Positions 40,429 through 50,531 are shown, counted from the first letter of the stretch. The stretch: DNA of 64,000 nt from an uncultured Oribacterium sp. (GCA_900770445.1 CAAGKO010000009.1:5918-69917); one strand, 5' to 3'. Made by a program: numbers and translations. Notes: generated by a model from the letters alone, not told the origin.

Positions 40429-41703
40429 ATGGCTAGAAAGAAAGCATCTGATGAGAAAACCAGCAAAAAGAAGGTGAACGAAAAGCCGGAAATCAGCAAG
40501 GAGGAGCTCGTCAAGAAGATCGAAGCGCTCTGCAAGCAGGCGGAGCAGAACAAGAACACCATCAGCCAGGCCGATATCAATGACGCATTCCGTGATTATG
40601 CGATCACCGATGATCAGATGGACAGCATTGACCGCCTCATCGAAAATCGGGGCTTCGACATCGAGCCGCTCGAGGAGGAGCTCGACAGCTTCGAGGACGG
40701 TGATCTGCCGGACCTCGACGATGACGATGTCGTCGATGATGTCGTGGGTGAGGATGGTGTCGGTGTCGACGTCGAGGGTGTTGCATCCGATGACGAGGGC
40801 CCGAGCGAGGCAGAGTACAAGCAGGTCGAGGAAGAGAATGTCGACCTCGATGCGGTCGATCTCCTCGAGGGGATCGGCACCGAGGATCCGGTGCGTATGT
40901 ATCTGAAGGAGATCGGTACGGTACCGCTGCTGTCGGCAGAGGAGGAGTATCGACTCGCCGTGCGGAAGTCTCAGGGCGATGAGGTCGCGAAGCAGCGGCT
41001 CATCGAGGCGAATCTGCGTCTCGTGGTTTCGATCGCGAAGCGCTATACCGGTCGAGGCATGAGCTTTCTGGATCTCGTGCAGGAGGGCAACCTCGGTCTC
41101 ATCAAGGGTGTCGAGAAGTTCGACCCGGAGAAGGGCTTCAAGCTCTCGACCTACGCAACCTGGTGGATCCGTCAGTCCGTGACGCGTGCGCTGGCCGATC
41201 AGGCGCGTACCATCCGTGTGCCGGTGCACATGGTCGAGACCATCAACAAGATGTCGAAGATGCAGCGTAAGCTGACCCTCGAGCTCGGCTATGAGCCGTC
41301 CGTCAAGGAGCTCGCCGAACATCTCGACATGAGCGAGGAGAAGGTGCAGGAGATCATGCAGATCGCGCGTGAGCCGGCTTCCCTCGAGACCCCGATCGGC
41401 GAGGAGGATGACTCGAATCTCGGCGATTTCGTCGCGGATTCAAACGTCGTTTCACCGGAGGGCAATGTTGAGTCCGTGATGCTTCGCGAGCATATCGACA
41501 CCCTGCTCGGCGATCTGAAGGAGCGTGAGCGTCAGGTCATCGTGCTCCGCTTCGGCCTCGAGGACGGCCATCCGAGAACCCTCGAGGAGGTCGGCAAGGA
41601 GTTTAACGTCACCCGTGAGCGTATCCGTCAGATCGAGGCGAAGGCGCTTCGCAAGCTGCGGAACCCGGTCAGATCGAAGAGAATCAGGGATTTCTTACAG
41701 TAA
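40429..41703 (+). CDS. rpoD: Primary RNA polymerase sigma factor
   Basis: Regions 1.2 to 4.2 are recognisable ([16 protein letters not shown]; [18 protein letters not shown]; [20 protein letters not shown]). AGGAGGG RBS before the ATG at 40429. Confidence 0.92.
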   Translation: MARKKASDEKTSKKKVNEKPEISKEELVKKIEALCKQAEQNKNTISQADINDAFRDYAITDDQMDSIDRLIENRGFDIEPLEEELDSFEDGDLPDLDDDDVVDDVVGEDGVGVDVEGVASDDEGPSEAEYKQVEEENVDLDAVDLLEGIGTEDPVRMYLKEIGTVPLLSAEEEYRLAVRKSQGDEVAKQRLIEANLRLVVSIAKRYTGRGMSFLDLVQEGNLGLIKGVEKFDPEKGFKLSTYATWWIRQSVTRALADQARTIRVPVHMVETINKMSKMQRKLTLELGYEPSVKELAEHLDMSEEKVQEIMQIAREPASLETPIGEEDDSNLGDFVADSNVVSPEGNVESVMLREHIDTLLGDLKERERQVIVLRFGLEDGHPRTLEEVGKEFNVTRERIRQIEAKALRKLRNPVRSKRIRDFLQ

Positions 41704-41866
41704 AGTAAATCCATGAGAGGGCCGCGCGCAGCGCGGAGAGGCGCATGGATGCCCCCGGGCGGCGAGGCCGTTTTTCTGCCGAAGGCAGAAAAATCAAGCG
41801 ACGATGCCCACGCCGAAGGCGCATCTGATGGCATCGTCTCTTTGTACCATGAGAGGGAATTTATAG
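41704..41866. repeat. Second copy of the structured element seen at 37741-37855, starting 1 nt after the rpoD stop
   Basis: CATGAGAGGGCCGCGCGCAGCGCGGAGAGG...AAAATCAAGCGACGATGCCCACGCCGAAGGCGCATCTGATGGCATCGTCTC...CATGAGAGGGA. Confidence 0.6.
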
Positions 41867-41867
41867 A

Positions 41868-42698
41868 GTGAATCAGGAAACCGAAGTGCCGGTGTATATC
41901 AAACCGGAACCGAATACGAAGAACTACCAGCGCCTGATGGAGCAGGAGATCAGCCGGTGGCAGGAGAAGCCGGAGCGTCGTCCCCGGCTCCTTCTTCACA
42001 GCTGCTGCGCGCCGTGCTCCAGTGCGGTGCTGGATGAGCTCTGTGCGGACTTCGACATCACGCTGTTCTACTACAATCCGAATATTTCCACGGAGGCCGA
42101 GTTCACGCATCGCGTGGATGAGCTCCGGCGCTTCTGCCACGAAACGGGCATCGATGTGGAGCGGCAGGATCGTGATGGTCATGTGCTCAGTGCCGTCGAG
42201 ATCGTCGTGCCACTGTATGATCACCGGGAGTTCCTCGCCATCGCGCGCGGTCATGAGCGGGATCCGGAGCGCGGCGAGCGTTGCCACCGCTGCTACCGCC
42301 AGCGCCTCGAGCGCACCGCGGAGTACATGGGCGAAGTGAACCAGGCATGGGCTGCGGCGCAACACAGCGGGGATTCGGCGACGCAAGCGCCGGCGACATC
42401 TGTGAATGTGCAGCACGTGAAAGGCCCGGCAGATGAAACGCTGAGCTGTGGCGGAGCGCAGTGCACGCAGGCCGGAGTGACTCGACCGTATGACTACTTC
42501 TGCACGACCCTTACGCTGTCGCCGCTGAAGTCCTCGGAGGTGCTCAATGCCATCGGCGAGGACATCGGGAAGGCGCATGGACTCTCGTTTCTGCCGTCCG
42601 ACTTCAAAAAGCGCGGTGGCTACCAGAAGTCGATCGAACTCTCGAAGCGGTATGAGCTGTACCGGCAGAACTTCTGTGGCTGCGAGTTCAGCCGTTGA
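41868..42698 (+). CDS. queH: Epoxyqueuosine reductase QueH (DUF208) with a ~50-aa internal insertion
   Basis: LLLHSCCAPCS cysteine motif and ...LYRQNFCGCEFS C-terminus. GTG start predicted at 41868. Confidence 0.7.
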   Translation: MNQETEVPVYIKPEPNTKNYQRLMEQEISRWQEKPERRPRLLLHSCCAPCSSAVLDELCADFDITLFYYNPNISTEAEFTHRVDELRRFCHETGIDVERQDRDGHVLSAVEIVVPLYDHREFLAIARGHERDPERGERCHRCYRQRLERTAEYMGEVNQAWAAAQHSGDSATQAPATSVNVQHVKGPADETLSCGGAQCTQAGVTRPYDYFCTTLTLSPLKSSEVLNAIGEDIGKAHGLSFLPSDFKKRGGYQKSIELSKRYELYRQNFCGCEFSR

Positions 42699-42755
42699 TT
42701 TCGACATTCCAAAATCGTATTATGTATATAAGAAAAGCAAAGGAAGGGGAGCGAT

Positions 42756-43052
42756 ATGGTAACAGGTGAAGTAGATGTTATTAACGAGTCGGGTCTCCAT
42801 TTAAGACCGGCCGGTGTGCTGACGCAGACATGCATCAAGTTTAAAAGCAATATCTATCTCTATAACGGAGATCGGAAGATCGTCGCGAAGTCCGTCCTCA
42901 ACGTGATGGCTGCCGGCGTAAAGCAGGGCGCACATCTCCGCGTGGAGTGCGATGGACCAGATGAAGAGGAGGCTCTGCAGGCCGTGATCGAGGCCATCTC
43001 CACCGGTCTCGGTGAAGGTATCAAATACAGCAGTAAAGACCGATTATTTTGA
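42756..43052 (+). CDS. ptsH: HPr-family phosphocarrier protein
   Basis: GLHLRPAG active-site His15 motif and the Ser46 region (AKSVLNVMAAG). Confidence 0.8.
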   Translation: MVTGEVDVINESGLHLRPAGVLTQTCIKFKSNIYLYNGDRKIVAKSVLNVMAAGVKQGAHLRVECDGPDEEEALQAVIEAISTGLGEGIKYSSKDRLF

Positions 43053-43059
43053 ACAGAGG

Positions 43060-43335
43060 AGAGTGTAGGAGTTTGCATCAGCAAACTCCGGAACGATATC
43101 CCACAGAACTTGTTCTGTGCCCGAGTGGAAGAGTTTGTATCAAACAAACTCTGGAACGACCTCCCACAGAGCTGTGCTCTGTGCCCGAAGGGCTGAACTT
43201 GAGCCTTACAAGCTCAAGTTCAGGGCAGGGCTAAAGTCGGGCCTCGATAGCCCGACTTTAGGGCGAGTAGGAGTTTGCATCAGCAAACTCCGGAACGATA
43301 GTGCAGCCGGGTGAAATCACCCGGTTGTTTTTATA
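43060..43335. repeat. Multi-hairpin repeat array (GAGTTTGCATCAGCAAACTC, CACAGAGCTGTGCTCTGTG, CTGAACTTGAGC/GCTCAAGTTCAG, CTAAAGTCGGGC/GCCCGACTTTAG) ending in a CAGCCGGGTGA...TCACCCGG terminator hairpin
   Basis: Several perfect 8-12-bp stems in tandem. The GAGTTTGC..GCAAACTC module occurs 3 times here and again at 47104-47240. Confidence 0.75.
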
Positions 43336-43547
43336 ATGGATGAACATCAAAATATAATCCTGCACGGATGAATGGACGAAGTCCTATTTCTGTGCTATGG
43401 TTATAAGGTTGAGTGTGACCAGCCGTCTGAGCGCGGTTTGAGCACAAGCCTCTCTCTTCCGGTGCAGCACACTCGTGATGATCCATGTACACGATCCCAA
43501 TCGGATTCATGGAGCGTATATTCACATCCTGAAAGGAGTTTACTTAT

Positions 43548-44414
43548 ATGGCAGAATTAGAAAATCAGAAGCCTTCCAGCTGCAACGGCAACTGCGGTTC
43601 CTGTGGTTCCGACTGTGCTTCCCGCCACGCAAATCCAGAGGATTTCCGTGCGAAGCTGGCCGACGGCTGCAGCGTAAAGAAGGTCATCGGCGTCGTTTCC
43701 GGTAAGGGCGGTGTCGGCAAGTCCACCATCACCTCCCTCCTCGCCTGTGGCACCCACAAGGCCGGCTTCAAGACCGCGATTCTCGATGCGGATATCACCG
43801 GTCCGTCCATCCCGAAGGCCTTCGGTCTCTCGAACGACGGCGTCGGTGTCACCCCGGACGGCAAGCTCATGATCCCGGACAGAAGTGCCGACGGTATCGA
43901 AATCATGTCCTCGAACCTCCTGCTCGAGAACGAAACCGACCCGATCATCTGGCGTGGTTCCCTCATCGCGCAGGCCGTCAAGCAGTTCTGGTCTGAGGTT
44001 CAGTGGAAGGACGTCGACTACATGTTCGTCGACATGCCACCAGGAACCGGCGATGTTCCGCTGACTGTTTTCCAGTCCCTCCCGATCGACGGTATCGTCA
44101 TCGTCACCTCTCCACAGGACCTCGTTTCCATGATCGTGACGAAGGCTGTAAACATGGCGGATAAGATGGGTGTGCCGGTCATCGGTCTCGTAGAGAACAT
44201 GTCCTACCTCATCTGCCCGCACTGCGGCGAGAAGGTCAATGTCTTCGGCGAGAGTCATGTGGATGAAGTCGCAGCACAGCACGGCCTCAAGGTACTGGCG
44301 AAGCTGCCGATGGATCCGAAGAACGCAGCCTACATGGACGCCGGTGCGGTCGAGGGCATCGAGCTTCCGGAGATTCAGGACGCCGTACAGGCAGTCATCG
44401 ATTTCAGCAGATAA
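43548..44414 (+). CDS. apbC: Mrp/NBP35-family Fe-S cluster carrier ATPase
   Basis: Walker A GKGGVGKST, an N-terminal Cys-rich stretch, and a CPHC motif. Confidence 0.85.
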   Translation: MAELENQKPSSCNGNCGSCGSDCASRHANPEDFRAKLADGCSVKKVIGVVSGKGGVGKSTITSLLACGTHKAGFKTAILDADITGPSIPKAFGLSNDGVGVTPDGKLMIPDRSADGIEIMSSNLLLENETDPIIWRGSLIAQAVKQFWSEVQWKDVDYMFVDMPPGTGDVPLTVFQSLPIDGIVIVTSPQDLVSMIVTKAVNMADKMGVPVIGLVENMSYLICPHCGEKVNVFGESHVDEVAAQHGLKVLAKLPMDPKNAAYMDAGAVEGIELPEIQDAVQAVIDFSR

Positions 44415-44571
44415 TATAGAGAAAAGCTCAGCCGGGTGATTTTTCACCCGGCTGTTTTAGCAGAGACGCCCGACATCGGAAGCAGAAAAGCAGTGGATGG
44501 CGCACTACATTTATGTGCGACATCCACTGCTTTTATAGAGAGCAGCTGTGCTCTTGCTTTTCATAAAACAA

Positions 44572-45456
44572 TCAGTCAAGAATGCTAAGGAACGCATCGA
44601 GTGACTTTCCGGTGTTGCCGGCGTTGTAAACATAGCCGATGCTGCGGGATGGTACCGGGAACTGGGTCGGGATCTCGATGAGGCTGCCTTCGTCGAGCTC
44701 CTTCTGTACGAGCTCGCGGATCACGCAGCCGATGCCGATGCCGATCTTCGCGAAGTCCACGAGCAGATCCATCGTGGTGACCTCGAGAATCTGTGCCGGC
44801 TCGATGCCCATGGTCTTGAAGTAGTCATCGATGTGACGACGGGTCATGTTGTTCTGGTCGAGGAGCATGATGTTGCCCTCCTGGAACGGATCACAGTCCT
44901 CGCCGTACATCGCCTTCAGATTTTCGAGATACTGTGGGGTCGCGACGAAGGTGTCGTGAATCTGCTTCGGGTGAACGAAGCGGAGCTCCGGACGACGTGT
45001 GCGCGGCTCGGCGGTGAGACCGATGTCGATTTTTTTCTGCTCGAGCAGAGCGAGCGTCTGTGCGGTCGACTGTGTGATGATCGACACGCGGATATTCGGA
45101 TACTTCTGCATGAAGGTCTGAAGATATGGCAGCAGGATGTAGCGGCAGAGTGTCGTCGATACACCGATCTGCAGGTGGCCGATATTGAAATCCTTCATAC
45201 GCTTCAGCTCGGTCTCCGCGTTATTGATATTATCAAACGCATCCTTAATATAGCGGTAGAGTACGGTGCCTTCCTCTGTCAGCGTAACACCGCGGGAATT
45301 CCGGTGAAAGAGCTTCGTATCGAGTCCGTCCTCGAGCTTTACGATGGACTTGGAGATCGCCGGCTGTGAAATGTACAGCTTCTTCGCGGCCTTCGAAATA
45401 TTGCCGCAGCTTGCAACCTCGTAGAAAATTTTGTAACCTGACAGATTCTGATCCAT
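44572..45456 (-). CDS. LysR-family transcriptional regulator (divergent from leuC)
   Basis: wHTH ISQPAISKSIVKLEDGL. The start at 45456 follows a G8 tract (C8 at 45464-45471 on the plus strand) that acts as an SD-like sequence. Confidence 0.8.
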   Translation of the reverse strand: MDQNLSGYKIFYEVASCGNISKAAKKLYISQPAISKSIVKLEDGLDTKLFHRNSRGVTLTEEGTVLYRYIKDAFDNINNAETELKRMKDFNIGHLQIGVSTTLCRYILLPYLQTFMQKYPNIRVSIITQSTAQTLALLEQKKIDIGLTAEPRTRRPELRFVHPKQIHDTFVATPQYLENLKAMYGEDCDPFQEGNIMLLDQNNMTRRHIDDYFKTMGIEPAQILEVTTMDLLVDFAKIGIGIGCVIRELVQKELDEGSLIEIPTQFPVPSRSIGYVYNAGNTGKSLDAFLSILD

Positions 45457-45840
45457 GATAATTCCCCCCCCAAGATAAGGTCGTCTGACCGTAACTGAAC
45501 ATATCGCCATGCGGCTGAGTGAATGCTTCCGATGACGCCTCTGCCTTTATCCGAATTTCTTCAACGCTTTAAAGCAAAGTAATGAATAATAGGCATTTTT
45601 AATATAACATATTTTCTCAACATAACACAAGATTATTTGTAACATGTTTTGACATAACCTTGCAAGAAAATTGGTGCAAAGTGCGAAAATCAGTATAGGC
45701 AAGATAACACGCGGTAATAATGATTATCAAAAACATATATTATGATTATGCCTGGAGGGGTGCTATAGTGTGTGAAAGAGTTTACTAAGAAGGAAAGCGC
45801 AACGAAGCGTCCTTGTCAGGATATAGAATAGGAGTTAAGT

Positions 45841-47106
45841 ATGGGAATGACGATGAGCCAGAAGATTCTGGCGAAGCATGCAGGACTGGAGTCGGTGAGT
45901 GCGGGGCAGCTGATCATGGCGGAGCTCGACCTCGTTCATGGTAACGATATCACGTCGCCGGTGGCGATCCGTGAGATGAAGAAGCTGGATCAGAAGGACG
46001 TGTTCGACCAGGAGAAGGTTGTACTGGTCATGGACCACTTCGTTCCGAATAAGGATATCACGAGTGCGAAGTGCACACAGATGTGCCGGAACTTCGCGCA
46101 TGAGCAGGGGCTTACGAACTACTTCGATGTCGGACAGATGGGCATCGAGCACGCGCTGATCCCAGAGAAGGGACTGATCGTCGCGGGTGAGCTTTCCGTC
46201 GGTGCGGACTCACATACCTGCACCTACGGCGCGCTCGGGGCATTCTCGACCGGTATCGGCTCCACCGATATGGCGGCGGCGATGGCGACCGGCAAGCTCT
46301 GGTTCAAGGTACCGACCGCGATCCGGGTAAACCTCATCGGCAAGAAGCAGAAGTGGGTGTCCGGTAAGGACGTCATCCTGCACCTGATCGGCGAGATCGG
46401 CGTGGATGGTGCGCGCTACCAGTCCATCGAGTTCACCGGTCCGGGCGTCGCAGAGCTCAGCATGGATGACCGTTTCACGATCTGCAACATGGCGATCGAG
46501 GCGGGCGGTAAGAATGGTATCTTCCCGGTCGACGAGAAGACCATCGAGTATATGAAGGCACATTCTACGAAGCCGTACACCGTTTATGAGGCGGATGCGG
46601 ATGCGGAGTACACACGTGAGGTGACGATCGACCTCTCGACCCTGAAGTCGACGATTTCCTTCCCGCATCTTCCGGAGAACACCCACGAGCTCGGCAGCTT
46701 CGAGGACATCAAGATCGACCAGAGCGTCATCGGCTCCTGCACGAACGGACGTATCCAGGATATGCGCGAGGCGGCAGAAATCCTGCGTGGCCGCAAGGTG
46801 GCACCGGATGTACGCTGCATCGTCATCCCGGGCACCCAGGACATCTACATGCAGATGCTGAAGGAAGGCCTCGTCATGGACTTCATCGAAGCCGGCGCGG
46901 TCGTATCGACCCCGACCTGCGGACCATGCCTCGGCGGTTACATGGGCATCCTCGCACCGCATGAGCGCTGCGTATCGACCACTAACCGTAACTTCGTCGG
47001 CCGTATGGGTGACACCACCTCCGAGATCTATCTCGCTTCCCCGGCCGTCGCAGCCGCCTCGGCCGTCACCGGTAAGATCTCGGGACCAGAAGAGTTAGGA
47101 ATGTAG
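45841..47106 (+). CDS. leuC: 3-isopropylmalate dehydratase large subunit (archaeal-type, ~420 aa)
   Basis: Aconitase-family Fe-S cysteines (SCTNGR; CGPCLG). AGGAG RBS. Confidence 0.8.
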   Translation: MGMTMSQKILAKHAGLESVSAGQLIMAELDLVHGNDITSPVAIREMKKLDQKDVFDQEKVVLVMDHFVPNKDITSAKCTQMCRNFAHEQGLTNYFDVGQMGIEHALIPEKGLIVAGELSVGADSHTCTYGALGAFSTGIGSTDMAAAMATGKLWFKVPTAIRVNLIGKKQKWVSGKDVILHLIGEIGVDGARYQSIEFTGPGVAELSMDDRFTICNMAIEAGGKNGIFPVDEKTIEYMKAHSTKPYTVYEADADAEYTREVTIDLSTLKSTISFPHLPENTHELGSFEDIKIDQSVIGSCTNGRIQDMREAAEILRGRKVAPDVRCIVIPGTQDIYMQMLKEGLVMDFIEAGAVVSTPTCGPCLGGYMGILAPHERCVSTTNRNFVGRMGDTTSEIYLASPAVAAASAVTGKISGPEELGM

Positions 47107-47240
47107 GAGTGTAGGAGTTTGCATAAAGCAAACTCCGGAACGATATCCCACAGAGCTATGCTCTGTGCCCGAAGGGCTGAACTCGGGACTCCATAGCCCG
47201 AGTTTAGGGCGAGTTTGCATCCGGCAAACTCCGGACGAAA
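47104..47240. repeat. Second copy of the GAGTTTGC..GCAAACTC multi-hairpin element, inside the leuC-leuD operon spacer
   Basis: GTAGGAGTTTGCATAAAGCAAACTCCGGAACGATATCCCACAGAGCTATGCTCTGTGCCCGAAGGGCTGAACTCGGG... is ~85-90% identical to 43063-43270. Confidence 0.75.
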
Positions 47241-47251
47241 GGAATAAATAT

Positions 47252-47749
47252 ATGAACGCAGAGGGTAAGGTTTTAAAATATGGCGACAATATCGATACGG
47301 ATGTCATCATCCCGGCTCGATATCTCGCGATTCAGGATAAGCAGGAGCTGGCGTCCCACGCGATGGAGGACATCGACCAGGACTTTCTGAAGAAGCTTCG
47401 TGCCGGCGACATCGTCGTCGGCGGCAAGAACTTCGGCTGTGGCTCCTCCCGTGAGCACGCACCGCAGGTACTCCAGACCAGCGGCGTCGGCTGTGTCATC
47501 GCCGAGAGCTTGGCGCGCATCTTCTATCGGAACGCGCTGAATATCGGTTTCCCGATCATCGAGGCACCGGAGGCCGCACAGGCCATCGCCGAGGGCGACC
47601 GGGTAAAGGTAGACTTCGATACCGGACTCATCACCGACGAGACGACCGGAAAGACATTCCAGGGACAGCCGTTCCCGGAGTTTCTGCAGAAGATGATCGC
47701 TGCCGGCGGACTGATGGCGTACGTCAACCAGAATGGCGGAAAGATCTGA
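47252..47749 (+). CDS. leuD: 3-isopropylmalate dehydratase small subunit
   Basis: GDNIDTDVIIPARYL and FGCGSSREHAP motifs. AAGGAA RBS before the ATG at 47252. Confidence 0.8.
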   Translation: MNAEGKVLKYGDNIDTDVIIPARYLAIQDKQELASHAMEDIDQDFLKKLRAGDIVVGGKNFGCGSSREHAPQVLQTSGVGCVIAESLARIFYRNALNIGFPIIEAPEAAQAIAEGDRVKVDFDTGLITDETTGKTFQGQPFPEFLQKMIAAGGLMAYVNQNGGKI

Positions 47750-47759
47750 TTAAATAGAT

Positions 47760-47975
47760 GATCGTAGGCATGATCGAGCCGAAATTTGATGATCATGCCT
47801 ACTATTTCAATCGATTTTATAGGCACGGTGTCTTCAAATCTGGGTCATCGTGCCTACGGTTTACCCTGGATTGTGCCTGTTTCCGCAGGCACGATGCCGT
47901 TTTAAAGCGCTTATCATGCCTACAGTTGGGATTTCAGAGCTCCCTCGCTGTAGGCATGGTGGCGTTTTTTTAAGC
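47760..47975. repeat. Array of 4-5 GTAGGCATG/CATGCCTAC-based hairpins ending in a T-run (leuD terminator)
   Basis: GTAGGCATGATC...GATCATGCCTAC; TAGGCACG...CGTGCCTAC; GTGCCTG...CAGGCAC; CATGCCTACAG...CTGTAGGCATG followed by GCGTTTTTTT. Confidence 0.65.
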
Positions 47976-48111
47976 TAAACATGCCTGCACTCGTAAATCC
48001 TATGTGGCGTCGGATCGTCATGACGATGGTTTTAAGCCCCCGGCATGCCGATGCTGTATCTATTTGAAGCTTTCTCATGATGATGACTGGGCAGTCTTTA
48101 AGTTTATGGGG

Positions 48112-49548
48112 TCAGACCCCATAAACCAGGAAGGATTTCAGGTACGCGATGGCCTTCGCCTCGTCGTCGAAGAGCGTATCCGAATACTGTGCATACCGAA
48201 GCTTATCGCGGTACTCGGCCCGGAGCGCCGGCGTATAGACCTCACTCAACTCCGGGAGGAAGCAGCCGGACACGCGCTGGTAGCAGTTCCGCGCGCAGGC
48301 CTTCTTCCGCGCACTGCGGTCCACGAACTCCGCCAGCGACTGGTGGATCACCTGGTCCTCTGCCGGAAGATAGTAGTAGTGCTCGAAATCCGCGAAGAAA
48401 AGCTTTCGCTCCCCCTCGAAAAGCTGCACATAGAGCTCGACCGCGCTGCCTTCGGCGTGCAGTGCCCAGAAATCCCCCCTGAGATCCATCGGCTTCGGCA
48501 GTGTAAGCGCTGGCCAATGCAGGCGGCGATCATCCGTCGCTTCGCGGATGTCGTTTTCGCCGGCATTTGGCCAATGCAGGTGGCGATCATCCGTCGCTTC
48601 GCGGGTGCCGTTTTCGCCGGCATCTGGCCAATGCAGGTGGCGATCATTCGTCGCTTCGCGGATGTCGTTTTCGCCGGCATCTGTGCAATGCTGGCGACGA
48701 TCCTCCATCACTTCGCGGGTGCCGTTTTCTACCGGCGAGTGCGCTGATGGAGGCATTGGCGAAAGAAACGTGAAGGAGAGGTGGACGAGCGACGTGGCGC
48801 CGTCCTGCAGGCGCTCATGCGCGCGGAGGCGGAAATCGCTGTGCGGCAGGACACGGTAGCGAAGCAGCGGCAGCAGGTTCGGGAGGTTCGCGATATCCTC
48901 GGCGTTGTGGAGGAGCAGCGTGTCGAGCAGCGCCGGTGCCTTCGTTTTCTGCCACTCGAAGTAAACCTCGATGAGCTCGCCGCCGGTGAAGCGATCCTCG
49001 CGGTCAATGCCGAGAAAACGCTCGCAGCTTTTCAGCTTGAGATCCGGGAGGCCGAGCAGGTGCTTGAGCGGCCGGAATTTCTTGAACAGGTCGAAGCTCT
49101 CGCCGGTGTCGAAGCTGTACGGCAGCCCATACTGCTCGAGCATGTGGCGGAGGAACGGGATGTCGAAACCATCGCCATTGTAGGAAATCAGGATCTTTTT
49201 CGTGCGGAGCAGCTCGAAAAATGCCTGCAGCACCGCTGGCTCATCCGCGACATCCTCGCAGAAGTACTGGAGAAGCGTCCAGTGACCGGCAGACTCTGGC
49301 GCACTGGCGGCACGGTGGGCCGACGGGACAGCGGAGATCTGCGCTTCGTCGGAAGAGGAGGCGGTGTTGCTTTCCTCCGCAATGGATGTAGCCGCAGTGT
49401 ACGTCAACACGCCGATCAGATAGAGGCCGGCGTTGCGGGCAGAGAGACCAGTGGTCTCGATATCAAAAAAGAGGACGTCCTCCGGGGCGCCGATCGTGTA
49501 TATATCAGATGGAACAGGCTGAGTCAGAACTTTCTCGATGCAGATCAT
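48112..49548 (-). CDS. YprB-like RNase H-fold 3'-5' exonuclease domain protein with 3.5 tandem 19-aa (57-bp) internal repeats
   Basis: N-terminal FFDIETTGL DEDD motif I. The protein repeats HWP(D/N)AGEN(D/G)(I/T)REAT(D/N)DR(H/R)L, and the matching 57-bp tandem repeats are visible in DNA at ~48490-48720. The RBS favours an ATG at 49548. Confidence 0.65.
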   Translation of the reverse strand: MICIEKVLTQPVPSDIYTIGAPEDVLFFDIETTGLSARNAGLYLIGVLTYTAATSIAEESNTASSSDEAQISAVPSAHRAASAPESAGHWTLLQYFCEDVADEPAVLQAFFELLRTKKILISYNGDGFDIPFLRHMLEQYGLPYSFDTGESFDLFKKFRPLKHLLGLPDLKLKSCERFLGIDREDRFTGGELIEVYFEWQKTKAPALLDTLLLHNAEDIANLPNLLPLLRYRVLPHSDFRLRAHERLQDGATSLVHLSFTFLSPMPPSAHSPVENGTREVMEDRRQHCTDAGENDIREATNDRHLHWPDAGENGTREATDDRHLHWPNAGENDIREATDDRRLHWPALTLPKPMDLRGDFWALHAEGSAVELYVQLFEGERKLFFADFEHYYYLPAEDQVIHQSLAEFVDRSARKKACARNCYQRVSGCFLPELSEVYTPALRAEYRDKLRYAQYSDTLFDDEAKAIAYLKSFLVYGV

Positions 49549-49898
49549 GTGGACCTTTCCCTTCATACTTGGTAAACTAAAGAACGATTCAGGTGCCGGA
49601 AATGCCGGCAGGCAGAGCAGCGGTACAGCGGTGGAATGCCTGCGGTTAGAAAAGGCTAACGCGCGCCACTACTGTAACATCTCAGCAGACATGCTACAAG
49701 TGTAGCGGCTTGAATTTTCAAAATCAATGGTTTTAATTGACGAACACATGTTTTTGATATAACATAGAAGCAGCAAATCCGGGAAAAGGGAAATTCTGCG
49801 CGGCGGGAGGCCAAGGGGTCAGACCCACGCGTAGATTCAGCGTCCCTCTTACGCCTTTCAGAAGGGGGTCTGACCCCATAGAGTTAGGAGAATACTAC

Positions 49899-50531
49899 AT
49901 GATTCATTTTATACATGGAACGCTTAGCGATGTGGCCGAGGGGTTGGTGGTCGTCGAAGCGGCCGGTGTCGGCTATGGCATCCACGTGCCGGCGTCGGTG
50001 ATCGGCGCGCTGCCGCCGATCGGCGAGGACATCAAGATCTATACATACTTTTCGCTGACGCAGAACGGCGTGGATCTCTATGGATTCCTGAGTCCGGAGG
50101 ACCGTGCGATGTTCACGATGCTGCTGACGGTCAGCGGCATCGGCCCGAAGGGAGCGCTCGGCATCCTCAGTGCGCTGACTCCGGATGATCTCCGAATGGC
50201 GATCGTGACCGGTGACAGTAAGGCGATTTCACGCGCACCGGGCGTCGGAAACAAGACCGCACAGCGCGTGGTGCTCGAGCTCAAGGATAAGCTTGATGCG
50301 ACCGAGGTCTTCAGCTCGGCGCTGGATCACGGTCATGGCGCTGGGGTAGCGGTGGATGCCGGGGCAGCCGCCGGTGTGTATGGTGCGCAGAAGGAAGCTG
50401 TGGAAGCTCTCGTGGCCCTCGGCTACTCGAACGTTGAGGCGAGCCGTGCCGTGAAGAAGGTCGAGCTCAGCGAAGGCATGACCGTGGATCAGATCCTGAA
50501 GGCGAGTCTGAAGAACCTGAATTTCCTTTGA
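49899..50531 (+). CDS. ruvA: Holliday junction DNA helicase RuvA
   Basis: MIHFIHGTL...VGYGIHVP and an HhH domain (SGIGPKGALGIL). Confidence 0.9.
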   Translation: MIHFIHGTLSDVAEGLVVVEAAGVGYGIHVPASVIGALPPIGEDIKIYTYFSLTQNGVDLYGFLSPEDRAMFTMLLTVSGIGPKGALGILSALTPDDLRMAIVTGDSKAISRAPGVGNKTAQRVVLELKDKLDATEVFSSALDHGHGAGVAVDAGAAAGVYGAQKEAVEALVALGYSNVEASRAVKKVELSEGMTVDQILKASLKNLNFL

